Source: Gracilinanus agilis
Taxonomy: Eukaryota
Length of the DNA stretch: 64,000 bases
Assembly (NCBI RefSeq): GCF_016433145.1
Contig: NC_058132.1
Span: 165,123,025-165,187,024, forward strand
Direction: 5' to 3'
The position numbers and the translations under genes are program-made. Below, one piece after another: positions 53,201 through 63,864 of the stretch. The notes under the pieces are model-generated. The model made no database searches. It was not told the origin of the DNA and saw nothing but the letters and a program-made list of their open reading frames with translations. Positions within the stretch are counted from its first letter, which is position 1. Every line of letters starts with the position of its first letter.

Positions 53201-56200
53201 NNNNNNNNNNNNNNNNNNNNNNNNNNNNNNNNNNNNNNNNNNAGATAGACTGATACAGAGCTTCTGGGTATATGAGGACTCAGAACATGTGTATGAGATG
53301 AAGGATTGAGATTGGGATGTATGTGAGGTGAGGGGCTGAGTTTGTATGTGAGAGGGAGCATCTCTGTAATCAGCGAGTCTTTGTGGAACAATTGTCTAGG
53401 TGAGAAATGTGGGAAGTTGAAATCTCTTGGGTCCCAATATATGGAGAATGAAGAATGATGATGAAAGAAAAAGATTTCTGTAGGGTTAAGGCTTTAGGCT
53501 AAAAGCAAAAAAGGGGTTGGGAGGGAGGCCAAGAAGTTGAGAGGGTAGTTGTAGTTTCTTCAAATGACTGCTCCCTCTTCTCTCCCATTTGGGCTCCATT
53601 CCATCTCTTCTCCCCCTATAGAATCTCTGGTCCTGGCTGAGCCCCTGGAGCTGCTGGCTATGCATGTCCAACTGGAAAATGTGACTCTTTTCTCTACTGA
53701 CCAAACGCCTGGCCCAGTTGTATGGCTAACTTGGAAGGTAAAAAGGGTGATGAAATTAAGCAATGTTTTTGGAAAAATAAAGAAAAGCAATGCAATGAGA
53801 CCTTAAAATCTTTAATACCAGGGTTTTCCTGTGGCTTCTTAATTCCTTACCTTTTTCTATAGGCAAGTGGCCCTGCTGCTCCTGCAAAGGTCTATAAAGC
53901 CCTGTTCCGGGCCCGGCAATCTGCAGCAGGGGAGGTAGCAGGGCAGCCAGATGGCCAATGGAGTGAGTCCTTGCTGATGGGTAGACAGAGTGCAGAACTT
54001 CGGGGCCTTAGCTGGGGCTATGATTATGAATTTAAGGTGAGGCCATCTTCTGGTTCAGCCCAAGGCCCTGACAGCAACGTTCTCATCTTGAGGTTGCCAG
54101 AGCAAGGTAAGTTCCACATCTCCCAATGACAACACCCTTTTGACATCACGTAGGGACCCTCCAGCTCCTGACCTGGAATCTTTCCTAGCTTGCTCTAGAA
54201 CAGTGGTTCCCAAACTTTTTTGGCCTACTGCTCCCTTTCAAGAAAAAATATTACTTAGCGCCCCCTGTCACATACTATCACTGCCCCCTTACAGTTATTC
54301 ACCGCCCCCAAATGCACCTGTGGCATCACCGCCCTCCTGGATCACTGCAGCACCCACCAGGGGGTGGTGGCACCCACTTTGGGAATCACTGCTCTAGAAC
54401 CTCCCATGCTATTCCCTGTATGCCCATCCCTCTCAGGTTGCCAGAATGTTAGGTTCTACTCTTGAGGTGGCTTTTTCCCAGGACAAAGTCACTGTGGAAG
54501 AAGCCTCTGCTCCTGCCCAATGTGCTCAGGACCTCGTGCCAGCTTCTTTGGAGTTCTCTGCTCTTCAAATTTTTTTAATTCTGTTCCATTTTCCACAGCC
54601 CCAGATACCTCTCACAATATCCCTCAATGACTCACTTCTTTTCCTTCAGTGCCCAGTGCCCCACCTCAGGCTGTTACCCTGAACCCTGGAAATGGCAGTG
54701 TCCTGGTCAGCTGGGATCCACCTCCACCTGAGACTCACAATGGCATTATCCGTGGCTACCAGGTACACATTTCCCCTACCCTCATTCCGCAAGTCCCCAC
54801 ACTCCTTGATTCACATTGCCCCAGCTAGCCAGGCCATGCCTAGAGTTCTCCAAACTTATGGTGGGGGATGTGGAGAAGAAAGAAGGGCTATCAGAGATGG
54901 CACCTAGAAACAGATACAGATCCATGATTTCATAGATGTCAACATTTCCTCCATTGGTGAAGACTAATCAATTACTTTAGATCTTAAAGGGACCTTAGAG
55001 AGCCTCTACTCCAGTCCCCTCATTATTCAATGAGGAAATTGAAGCCAAGAAACATGGAGCAACATTCCCAAAGTCACATAGCTAGCTAGTGGCAGAGCCA
55101 AGACCAGGACTCAGGTCTCCTGCCTCCAAAGTTGGTGATCTTTCCAACTAACTACTCCAGGCAGTCTCTGTATGGAACAGGAAGAAAACATGGCTAGAAA
55201 TAAGGATTCTAGCCATGTTTTTGAAGCCCCCCAAACACCTTAGGCAGTGGCCTTCCTCCTCTCCTATCCTTCCCATCCTATGCTATGTATGGTTAACATG
55301 GGGGAAGTCTCTGTTGGCAGGAGAATCATAGGGTTGGCATCAGAGAAGTTGGAAGAGATTTCTCAGGATAATAAACAGCTAGGTTGATCCCGAGTATACA
55401 ATCTGACTTCAGAGTGTAGGACTCAGACCCTTGAAGATTTGAGAAGGGCACTTTGCCTACTGCTACACTGTATCCTTAGGTCTGGACCTTGGGCAATGCC
55501 TCACTGCCCCGTGCCAACTGGAGCGTGGTTGGTGGTCGCACTCAGCTGGAGATTGTAACTGGAATGCCTGGTTCCTATTGCATTCAGGTGGCAGCGGTCA
55601 CTGGAGCTGGGGCTGGGGAGCCCAGCAGTCCTGTCTGCCTCTCCTTAGGTCAGAGCAATATCTATCTTCTGGTAGACATCCCTCTACCTCCCCAAGCCTC
55701 CTTCCTTCCTTCCTTCCCTACTCTCACCTTCTTTTCTCTGTGTCCCAGCAGGCCCTTTTTGCCAGTCTTCCACATACCCTACATCCTTTCCTCTCCAGAC
55801 CTTTCCTTTCCTTGCCATATAACCCCTCCCTCACCCCAAATCCTCCCCCAATGAACTCCTATATTCTCTAGAGAAGGCCAACCGAGCCGCACGAGATTCT
55901 GTGGGCCTGGGTCCCCCAACCCTGGAGCGGCTTCAAGAAGCACTGCGCCGGCCAGAGGTGATCGCTAGTGGCGGGGCTGTGCTCTGGTTGCTGCTGTTGG
56001 GGGCTGCAGTTTGTATTCACCGCCGGCGCAAGGCCAGAGCCCACCTAGGCATGGGTGAGTGAGAAGTTGGGAGCTGAGTGGCACAATGGCATGTAGAGAA
56101 TGGACTAAATAAAGATAGGAAAGCTGGGTTGTGAGGAGCCAGTGGGCAGGAGGCAGGGGCTAGACAGGGATGTCCAGCCATCGGGTCCCTGGAATGCAGG

Positions 56201-59038
56201 ATGAAGCTTTAGGAGAGCCACTAGAATTCAGTTTCTGTTTTCCCCTTCCTCAGGTCTATACAGATACACCAGTGAAGATGCCATCCTTAAGCACAGGTGA
56301 GAGAAGGGACCTGTGGGGAACTGATGGGGCAGAGAGTATATGCAACAGAAGAGTGGATGGGGTGTACCCTTCTTGCCCTGGATTTTCTCTGTCTGGCTAC
56401 CAGTGAGTTTCAGATCCAGAAGACTGAATCTCACTATTTTTTACCATCCTGAGTACCAGCAGGGAAAACTGGGCCTCAGGTTCCTAGCTTCTCTACTGCT
56501 TCCAGAAAGCAGACTGGCATATGCTCAAATTAACTGCATTTGGGGTATAATGTCTGAAGTTTGAAATGGAAATTATGTTACAGAGTATCATTTCCCCCTC
56601 TGAAGTCTTTAAGTCAAGTAGCTTACGCTACATGTGCTATATTAAATATATGGCTAAGCCCTTTGGGCTCTATCTCCAGTGTATGAAAGTGGTCTAGGGT
56701 GAAGGTCCATCCCTGCCCATGATTCATGGAAACCTCACAGACCCCAGGCCAGAAGATCAGGGAGGCACCTCTAATTTCCCCCATTACATTACCATGTCCC
56801 AATCTATGCATTATTTAGGTTATCCGGGCCATGGTTAACTTGGCTAAGAGATTTCCAAGAGCACTGGATGTGGAATTAGAAAGACCTGAGTTCATATCCA
56901 GCCTCAGACATGTAATAGCTGAGTAATTATGGATAAGTCACTTTTCCTTTGCCTCAGTTTCTTCATCTGTAGCACCTCACATCCTTTATAAATCTTAAGA
57001 TGCCATGTAAATTCTATTATTATTATCTCAATCTTTCCTAAGACTTTTAAGTCCTCATCCTGTCTTCCATCTAGCTTGTGATATTTTCAGTTCTTGTAAA
57101 TGTATTCATCTCTGCTTCTCTTGCTCATCCTTACCTTCATTCTTGTGCTGATACTAGGACTTTTTCTTAAGGGATTTTTTTAATGCCTCCTAGATCTGGA
57201 GATTCTACTGTAGAAGGTAAGAGAATTCAGAACTGGAGGGGAGGTTTAGATATCATCTAATAATGAGATCACAGGAGCATAGCCTACAGATGAGGAATAA
57301 GGCCCAGAGGGATGAGTGACAAGATCACACAGGTAGTATAAGGAGCAGAGATGACTCAGATTCTCCCAATATCAAGAATGGTGAGGGGCAATGGAGAAGG
57401 AACTGAGCCTTGTGGTTAAGAACAGTCAAAAACATCCTTCCACAAATGTATCTTCTGGCTCTTAGAACTGGAGCCGTGAACTGAAGCCTTGGTTAGCTGG
57501 GACCTAACCCCATTTTGTGTTTCTGATTTCTCTAGGCTAGACAGAAGTGACTCTCCCTGGCTGGCAACCACATGGCGATCCACCTCTGGCTCTCGGGATC
57601 TCAGCAGCAGCAGCAGCCTTAGCAGCCAACTGGGAGGAGACACTAGGGATACGTTAGACTGTCGGCGTTCCTGTAAGCTCCCCCTCTCTAGACTGGGACC
57701 CTCTATTCCCAAAGCAAGGGCTTGGGTGATAGAATCAAAGCTTCAAGGAAAATTGAACTGGAGGAATGGGGGTAGGGGAGCTAACCTTAATGCTTACCTC
57801 TTCTCATTGCAGTGATTTCCTGGGATCCTCGAAGCCCTGGTGTCCCTCTTCTCCCAGACACCAGCACCTTTTATGGCTCTCTTATGACTGAGATTTCCAA
57901 TGGCCCTCTAATCCCCCCAGGCCCCAGGGCCCCACCTATCAGGCGGTTTCCACCTCAGCTGGCTAGGCTCTCTAATCCCTGGCCTAGTTTGGACAGTCTC
58001 TGCAATGCTCCAAGAATACCTTCTCCCCATCTCTCCTTGACTCCTACAGAAGCCTGGAGAATAGTAAAGAAGCAGGGTAAATTGTGTTCAAAGACAATGG
58101 CCTAAAGAAATAAATAGGGAAGAAGGGGGCTAATACAACAATTTTCACCAACTCTCTATCTTATCCAAAGACAAAAGTGGAGGGAATTGAGGTTTTTCTA
58201 GTTGTTAATGTCTAACTAAAGAAGAAGAAGAACACTAAGGGAAAAGTTTCCATTGAAGAGTCTCTAGTGCATGGAAAGAAGTTTACACAGATATCAAATG
58301 AAGTCCCCTGTTTCAATCAAGTCACTCTAGTCACAGGTTTTATTCTTATAAGAGACTGAGCGACATCTCAGGTCTGAAGATTGTCCTGACACAGATGATC
58401 CTCCTTACTGGTGTCAGTTGACCCATTATCTTGGTTGACTCTAACCTTGACTCTGCTTCCAAAGTCCCCTTAGACTTACCTAACATACATGGTCATTAGA
58501 GATTAAAAGCATTTTTTTTTTTTTGCATCGTGTGTGTGTATGTGGGGGGGGGAAGATATCGACAAGGGGAAGAGAATCAAGTAGGGAGTAGAGAGAAAGT
58601 GAGGATTAAAGACTTCTCAGGGTGGGCATGGGGACAATGTCTCTTTCTTTTCCTCTGATCCTTGATCCTTTGGAGATCATTTGGGATGAGTCCCAAGCTC
58701 CTCACATTCCCCAAACAGCTTCTCTGACCACTCCTTCTTTTTGCAGAGCTGCATCAGGCTAATAGTTCTCCTCTGCTCCGTGCCAATCACCCCGCAGGGC
58801 ACTGGGCCTGGGAGCTGGCTGGTGCAAAGGACTTCAAGAACACTTCCCAAGTCCCAGGTAAGACCCTTTAATGTGATCTGAGAGGGGACAGAAATCATGG
58901 GTTTGGGCACCCACTATCCCACATCATGTGTTTCTCAGTTTACGATCCTTCCCTTTGAGCTTCAATACCCCAGTTATTGAGTAGGATCTGGTTTGGATTG
59001 TAGACATTTTAGGGAATCCCTACTCAAATACATGGAGG

Positions 59039-59083
<45 letters not shown>

Positions 59084-61789
59084 CAGATTTATGGTGCTTC
59101 CACTCTGCTCCTGTGTTAAGAAAGGCCCTGCTACAGTATTCTAGTCTCCTATCCTCCAAACTCCTGATAACATTTTGATGCTTTTGGCTTCAAATTGCCA
59201 TGCCCCTTTCTCCTTTATCTTACCTTAGAACAGTGTGAATTTCTTACGCAAGGACAATTTTCAAGGAGAAGCATAAGATCAGAAATTATGTATAGGCAGG
59301 GTTGCCAAAAATATATGCCCCATGGTGAGCTGTACTTTCTTCAAGTCTTATAAATGTGCCTTAATTAGTTGCTCAGTCCCTCTTGTGCTGCCAGAAGTGG
59401 GGCATCACCTTGCTAAGACCATAGATCTGCCTCCTAGCTGCCTTACCTCTCCTTTGTCTTCTCTGCTCCAAAGGACCATTCTCCCATCCAGAATGCCAAG
59501 AGTGAATAGGTGGCTCAGCTCAGCTTCTGCATGATGGGTTTGGCCTACTGGTTTGTTTCTAACCATAGCCACAGCCTATGCTGAAGTTCCTATGTACCCT
59601 GTGCACCCTGACACCAGGGCTCCTCTAATATTGTACTGGGTGACCTCAGCAACAATGTCTTCACCCTCTGACTTGTTCTAGAACAGGTACACGTCAAACT
59701 GATAATAAATATCCCAGAACCAAAAACACTCCCAAAGTTCATGAAGACACCTTATTTCTTCACAGGCTAGGGCCAGGGGCTGCTGGGGGCCCCAATGTCC
59801 CTCACACCCTGGCTTGTGCTCTCCAGGAGCTGTACCCCGTACTCTGGCTGCCTGGCGTGCCATTGGACCCCAGCTTCTCAACCCCAGGAATGAGCTGGCT
59901 TCGAGGCCCCTTCCCCCAGCACCCCCTTCTCCCATCCGAGGGGCTTCCACTAAAGGCCAACAGAATCAGTAAGAGAGAATGGGGGAAAAGATATCCGGAG
60001 CTTTAGCTCCTTGGGAAGTCAGGAGTAAGATGGAATTACCAGAGATCCTGAGGTGGGAAGGGACTAAAGCCATTGAGGGCAGAGAAGTAAAAGGGGGCCA
60101 CGCTGACAAATCCATCTTCTTTCACTGACTAGATCCGGTAAAGACTTCATAGAGCCTCAGATTCCATCCTCCCTGCCCCTAGTGGCAGCCATCTCTCCCA
60201 GCCCCTTGGCCTCCTCCCTTTCTGGCCCCAGCCCAACCTCTAGCCGCCTGTCTAGCTCTTCACTGTCCTCCTTGGGAGATGAAAGGGATAATGTGTTGAC
60301 CCCTGAAGATGTGGCCCTGTGCCTGGAGCTCAGTGAGGATGATGATGAGACCCCCAGGTGAGTGACTAGGGGAAGGTTGAGGACGGGGTAGTGGGCTGGG
60401 GGAGGTAAACAACAAAACTGGATTCCTTCTGAAACTCGCAGGCCCCTAACCGGTCATTTCATGGTTGTAATGTAATGAAATGGAGACTTTTGAACCCTCC
60501 TCTAAAGTCTGTTTGCTACCCTAACACTTTATCCCCTTCCAGGAACAGTGGGACTCCTGTCCGAAGGGCCCCATCACCACCTACCAGCTATGGCTATATC
60601 AGCATCCCATCAGCCTCTGGATTAGGGGAGGTGGAGGGGAATGCAGGTGGAGCGGGACCAGAGGGAGGCATTCTGCTATGTCCACCTCGCCCCTGCCATA
60701 CCCCTACACCCAGTGAAGGCTCTCTGGCAAACGGTTGGGGTTCAGCCTCAGAGGACAATGCCTTCAGTGCCAGGGCCAGCCTTGTCAGCTCCTCAGATGG
60801 TTCTTTTCTTGCCGATGCCAACTTTGCTCATGCCTTGGCTGTGGCTGTGGATAGCTTTGGCTTTGGCCTGGAGTCCAAGGATCATGACTGTGTCTTCAGT
60901 GGTATGTTCCTCTGCCCTTTAAGTATCTTCAAAGTGATACCTCTTCTTCTTCTGATCATCTTCTAACTCCACTGGGAGGGTAACAAGCAAAGAATTCCAG
61001 ATTCTTGAACCTAGTTGTTATTCTATCTCCCTATCTCCAGGTCTTTGAACTCAGACAAATGTGGACAGTGGTTTCTTTTCTCAAAGATCTGCAAGAAAAT
61101 TATTCTAAAGTCTTCCGTTAGTTACTTTCTTCTAATGTTTCATACCTTTTCATTGCCAGCATGTTCTGTTTTCTTTCTAACTTCAGTTTCTCCAGCTGAA
61201 GTGTCTAGTATTTCCTCTTTTTCTGAACTCAAGGAAGACGGAATTGGCCCATGATATACCAAACAAGATGTAGATAATTCTTTCCATGTCACTATCAGAC
61301 AACTCAGGATTCTTTATATCCACCCACCCAAGGTCTCTTATTCCATCCATTCTGACACTGAGACCTTCGGCAGAGTGCCAAGTACTAACTGAGGGACACC
61401 TTTCTAATATCTTGTTCATTCCCATCAGATTTCTCTCCACCTCCTTCACCTCAAGATGACTTTGCCCTTACTTCTACCCTGACCCTGCCAGTGTGGGAGT
61501 GGAGTTCAAATTGGATTGAAGAGATGGAGAATAAATACAGTCATCGGCTATGTAGGGGGCTACCTTCTTCTTCCCCTGAGATGGAGAAGGGTCCATCCAG
61601 AGGGAGGCAGAAGACTGGCCCTTTTGTCCCTAAAACCCATGGTGAGTGTCTTTGTGGAATAGGGGAAGAAAGTAGTCGAGGCAGGGAGAAAGTATTACTC
61701 TTTGAGCGCAAAGTGGGTACCCCCTGGAAGTGAACAAATAGCAATGCCAACCCCATTTTAATTCAACTTCTTCATCTCTAGACTCTTGA
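44832..61789 (+). CDS. ROBO4: ROBO4, predicted Ig-less form: join(44832-44901,53622-53737,53863-54106,54650-54762,55480-55648,55872-56054,56254-56296,57536-57672,57813-58076,58747-58857,59827-59968,60133-60357,60543-60901,61429-61641,61782-61789), 2397 nt, 798 aa
   Basis: Every listed exon was translated by hand: open frame, GT-AG, compatible phases, homologous to recalled ROBO4 (two FNIII domains, [25 protein letters not shown]). The exon 1 to exon 5 junction and the last exon are inferred. Confidence 0.88.
45225..45550 (+). pseudogene. ROBO4: Decayed ROBO4 exon 2 (Ig1) remnant; 3' bound approximate
   Basis: [15 protein letters not shown]...[14 protein letters not shown] vs recalled MAQDSPPQILVHPQD...ARMSCQASGQPPPT. 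In-frame TGA at 45371-45373, frameshifts, TCESSNP* at 45489-45512 (vs TCEASNR). Confidence 0.9.
45864..46009 (+). pseudogene. ROBO4: Decayed ROBO4 exon 3 (Ig2, first half) remnant
   Basis: [22 protein letters not shown] then, after a frameshift, [11 protein letters not shown], vs recalled [24 protein letters not shown]...PTVSWWKDGKPL. Stops at 45929, 45947, 45978 and 45999. Confidence 0.92.
47221..47268. repeat. (CT)n microsatellite
   Basis: Seen directly. Confidence 0.95.
47500..51370 (-). mobile_element. Fragmented antisense LINE-1, interrupted by SINEs (about 47825-48000 and 50037-50235) and a MAR1 (49043-49291)
   Basis: T-rich L1-like 3' and 5' segments with nested SINE signatures; bounds approximate. 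Confidence 0.6.
51600..52683 (+). mobile_element. L2 LINE 3' portion
   Basis: ctctatgctgacgattcc (YADD-like RT motif) and L2-type tail cttggcacatagtag...ttaaatgcttattgactg. Confidence 0.7.
52710..52868 (+). pseudogene. ROBO4: Decayed ROBO4 exon 4 (Ig2, second half) remnant
   Basis: [16 protein letters not shown] at 52806-52856 vs recalled MCVATNSAGHRESRAAR; acceptor ctttgtccacag retained; TGA at 52845; internal GT-rich expansion. Confidence 0.8.
52997..53242. other. Assembly gap (246 N)
   Basis: Seen directly. Confidence 1.
53622..53737 (+). CDS. ROBO4: ROBO4 exon 5
   Basis: [23 protein letters not shown]...VVWLTWK, phase 1 to phase 0. Confidence 0.93.
53863..54106 (+). CDS. ROBO4: ROBO4 exon 6 (FNIII-1)
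   Basis: ASGPAAPAK...[14 protein letters not shown]...[12 protein letters not shown]. Confidence 0.95.
54201..54391 (+). mobile_element. hAT (Charlie-like) MITE in a ROBO4 intron, related to 5135-5327
   Basis: Same TIRs; perfect 8-bp TSD ctctagaa at 54193-54200 and 54392-54399. Confidence 0.92.
54650..54762 (+). CDS. ROBO4: ROBO4 exon 7 (FNIII-2)
   Basis: [38 protein letters not shown]. Confidence 0.95.
55480..55648 (+). CDS. ROBO4: ROBO4 exon 8 (FNIII-2)
   Basis: [18 protein letters not shown]...[13 protein letters not shown]. Confidence 0.95.
55872..56054 (+). CDS. ROBO4: ROBO4 exon 9 (transmembrane)
   Basis: [30 protein letters not shown]. Confidence 0.95.
56254..56296 (+). CDS. ROBO4: ROBO4 exon 10
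   Basis: [15 protein letters not shown]. Confidence 0.93.
56845..57010 (+). mobile_element. MIR
   Basis: gaaagacctgagttcatatccagcctcagac...gcctcagtttcttcatctgta core. Confidence 0.7.
57536..57672 (+). CDS. ROBO4: ROBO4 exon 11
   Basis: [30 protein letters not shown]...LDCRRS. Confidence 0.95.
57813..58076 (+). CDS. ROBO4: ROBO4 exon 12
   Basis: [23 protein letters not shown]...EAWRIVKKQ. Confidence 0.95.
58747..58857 (+). CDS. ROBO4: ROBO4 exon 13
   Basis: [12 protein letters not shown]...KNTSQVP. Confidence 0.92.
59039..59081. repeat. (GT)n microsatellite
   Basis: Seen directly. Confidence 0.95.
59827..59968 (+). CDS. ROBO4: ROBO4 exon 14
   Basis: [18 protein letters not shown]... Confidence 0.92.
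60133..60357 (+). CDS. ROBO4: ROBO4 exon 15
   Basis: [13 protein letters not shown]...[15 protein letters not shown]...TPR; acceptor position slightly uncertain. Confidence 0.88.
60543..60901 (+). CDS. ROBO4: ROBO4 exon 16
   Basis: [13 protein letters not shown]...[25 protein letters not shown]...DCVFS. Confidence 0.95.
61429..61641 (+). CDS. ROBO4: ROBO4 exon 17
   Basis: [11 protein letters not shown]...[15 protein letters not shown]..., donor G|GTGAGT. Confidence 0.92.
61782..61789 (+). CDS. ROBO4: ROBO4 exon 18 coding part (DS*)
   Basis: Strong acceptor ttcaacttcttcatctctag|AC TCT TGA; short terminal peptide as in eutherian ROBO4. Confidence 0.6.
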
Positions 61790-62334
61790 TTGGGAAAATG
61801 AAAGTCCCTAGAAATGGTGTGGAAGCTGCTGCCTATCTGCCTTCAAATATGGGGACATGGATATTTGAAGTCTCTCCAGTGTTCTTCCACTTTCTGTGAC
61901 TCAAGATGCAACCCCTTTTCAGAGGTTCAACAGAGTTTCTCCCCTCCTGGGACTAAGGAAATAGAAACACACAACTGGAGACCCTTAGGGGTCAGGAACA
62001 AACTCTGCATTCCTAACCATGCTTTCTAGTCTGGTCCCTGAATCTAGACATCTCTTCTGGAGGAATAGACTCTCCTATATTTGCCCTTGGGATCAGAGTA
62101 GTGAGTAAAATGAGTTTCTTTTGTGGAACACAATGAAGGGCTATTAGGATAGAGGGAAGAATGGATCATCTCAGGCCTTCACTTCATTCCCATAGATCCT
62201 CACTGCCTCCTTCCTACTGGGACTACAGGTAACATTGTTTTTCCTTCCCAGGGCCGGCCATCCTCCCAGGTCAAACCATGTTCTCCCTCCCTTCCCTTTC
62301 AAACTCGCCTCCCATCTCACCCACCCCAAGTGTA

Positions 62335-62340
62335 AATAAA
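62335..62340 (+). terminator. Candidate ROBO4 polyadenylation signal
   Basis: AATAAA about 550 nt after the predicted stop. Confidence 0.5.
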
Positions 62341-62392
62341 GAGAAATGTTGCTTGAACCATTGAAATTCTATGCTAGTGATAAGGGCTAGAG

Positions 62393-62582
62393 CTGGGGTA
62401 GGCAAGTATGGCTCTGGAGCCATATCAGGTTCCACCTCCTGACCAGCCAGTCTAGACAGAGCCCCAGGATGTGCCCCAGGGGGCCCTTCAGCCCCGACCC
62501 ATATTCCAGTGCCTTCCACCTCCATCCTCCTCCTTCTGCAGGCGTTTATGGCTCTCACAGCCAAAAAGGTTGCCGACCATTG
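62393..62582 (+). mobile_element. hAT MITE with termini related to 32286-32492 but a different interior
   Basis: Perfect 8-bp TSD ggctagag at 62385-62392 and 62583-62590; right end ggttgccgaccattg. Confidence 0.8.
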
Positions 62583-62819
62583 GGCTAGAGCATGGGGACC
62601 AAGATCAGGAAAATGTGGAATGAAGAGGTGGAAAGCAAAACTCTGGGAAAGATGGAGAAGAGCTTGACTTAGCCCTTAGAAAATGGGACAGATTTCCATA
62701 AATCAGTATTATCTAAGTCTGGGTTGTAGGAAAGGATTGGGAGTGGGGACATAGCTTTAACACTTTGGTAAAGATGAGTCACAATCTGGAAGAAGCAGCA
62801 TTCTTACCCTTGTCCTCAC

Positions 62820-63263
62820 TCAATTAGAAGTCCAACAGGAAGCCAATGCTAGATAGGACATAGTATAGAGATCAAGTTCTTTTATTGGCTTATTTACATA
62901 AAAAATCTCAGCTGGAAAGTGGGAGAAGAGGTATAAGGGAAAAAGGATTGGAGGCAAGGAAGCACAACTAGCCTCCTTGGCCTCAAACCAACCAACCAGA
63001 TCATGTTCAGAGATCCATCTTTTTTCTTTATCCCTTTCTACCAGATTAAGGGTCTTTCCCACTTTACATAGCATCATAGAATCACAGAACAGGGAGAGAA
63101 CTTCTTGGTCAGCTACCCTAACCCTACCGGAAGCACAAACCCCTTTTATAGATCCTTTCCCTGGGACTCCAAAAGGTCTTTTCTTTTGGCCCAAGACCAC
63201 CCTTCCCACCCCCATAGATAAGGCTCTTAATATTTCTGTTGTCATGAATAATGGTCTTATTTC
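62820..63263 (-). CDS. ROBO3: ROBO3 terminal exon; open frame of 147 codons from the acceptor (stop apparently lost)
   Basis: Acceptor ctttctccag|GAA ATA AGA (EIR, vs recalled eutherian EPR*); frame stays open to TGA at 62820-62822. Confidence 0.5.
   Translation of the reverse strand, partial: EIRPLFMTTEILRALSMGVGRVVLGQKKRPFGVPGKGSIKGVCASGRVRVADQEVLSLFCDSMMLCKVGKTLNLVERDKEKRWISEHDLVGWFEAKEASCASLPPILFPLYLFSHFPAEIFYVNKPIKELDLYTMSYLALASCWTSN
62881..62886 (-). terminator. Candidate ROBO3 polyadenylation signal
   Basis: AATAAA on the minus strand in an AT-rich context (tatgtaaataagccAATAAAag). Confidence 0.65.
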
Positions 63264-63608
63264 CTGGAGAAAGCTAGACATAGAGGTGTTTGGAGCTTTG
63301 CTAGCTGGGGGATTGGGGGGGGGGGTGCAGTGAGACATAGAAGGGTTAGGGGAAGATGAATGGGGAGAGCAAGCCTCTGTTTTAAACTGTCTGCTCCACT
63401 TTGCACATCTGCCCTTCTCAGAGCTGCCCACTTAATTGGGAGCATTGTCAATGCTTTATTCTGCTTCATTCATTTAGGAAACTTCCACCTCTTCTTTCTG
63501 GGTTTCCTTTTTCCATCTCACCCCTTCCAGTCAAGATATTAGAGTGCCAGGCAGAAACTGGAAGTTGGGCACTTACAATTATGGAACAAACCCATGAGTA
63601 TCAGGGTT

Positions 63609-63611
<3 letters not shown>

Positions 63612-63646
<35 letters not shown>
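63612..63646. repeat. (GT)n microsatellite
   Basis: Seen directly. Confidence 0.95.
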
Positions 63647-63648
<2 letters not shown>

Positions 63649-63864
63649 GAGTGGAGAGGAGTATGATGAAAGATGATAAAAAAAAATCTGAGGTCACAGA
63701 CTGTAGTAGCTTATTTTTTCTTTCTCAAAACTTTCCTCTATTCTTTTTCACTCTACTAATTATTCACTTTCTTCTCCATCCTCCTCCTATCCCCCTGACC
63801 TCCATCACCTCTTGGTATTTACCTCCCCCAGGCCTTTTCCTCCTTTTTCTGTCCCCAACTTCAC

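Noticed and set aside
52924-53391. ORFs spanning the N run
   Set aside because: Artefacts of translating through the gap.
62196-62340. Alternative ROBO4 last exon at cccatag|ATCCTCAC
   Set aside because: The peptide shows no similarity to ROBO4; the 61782 acceptor is stronger and gives the expected short terminus. Not fully excluded.
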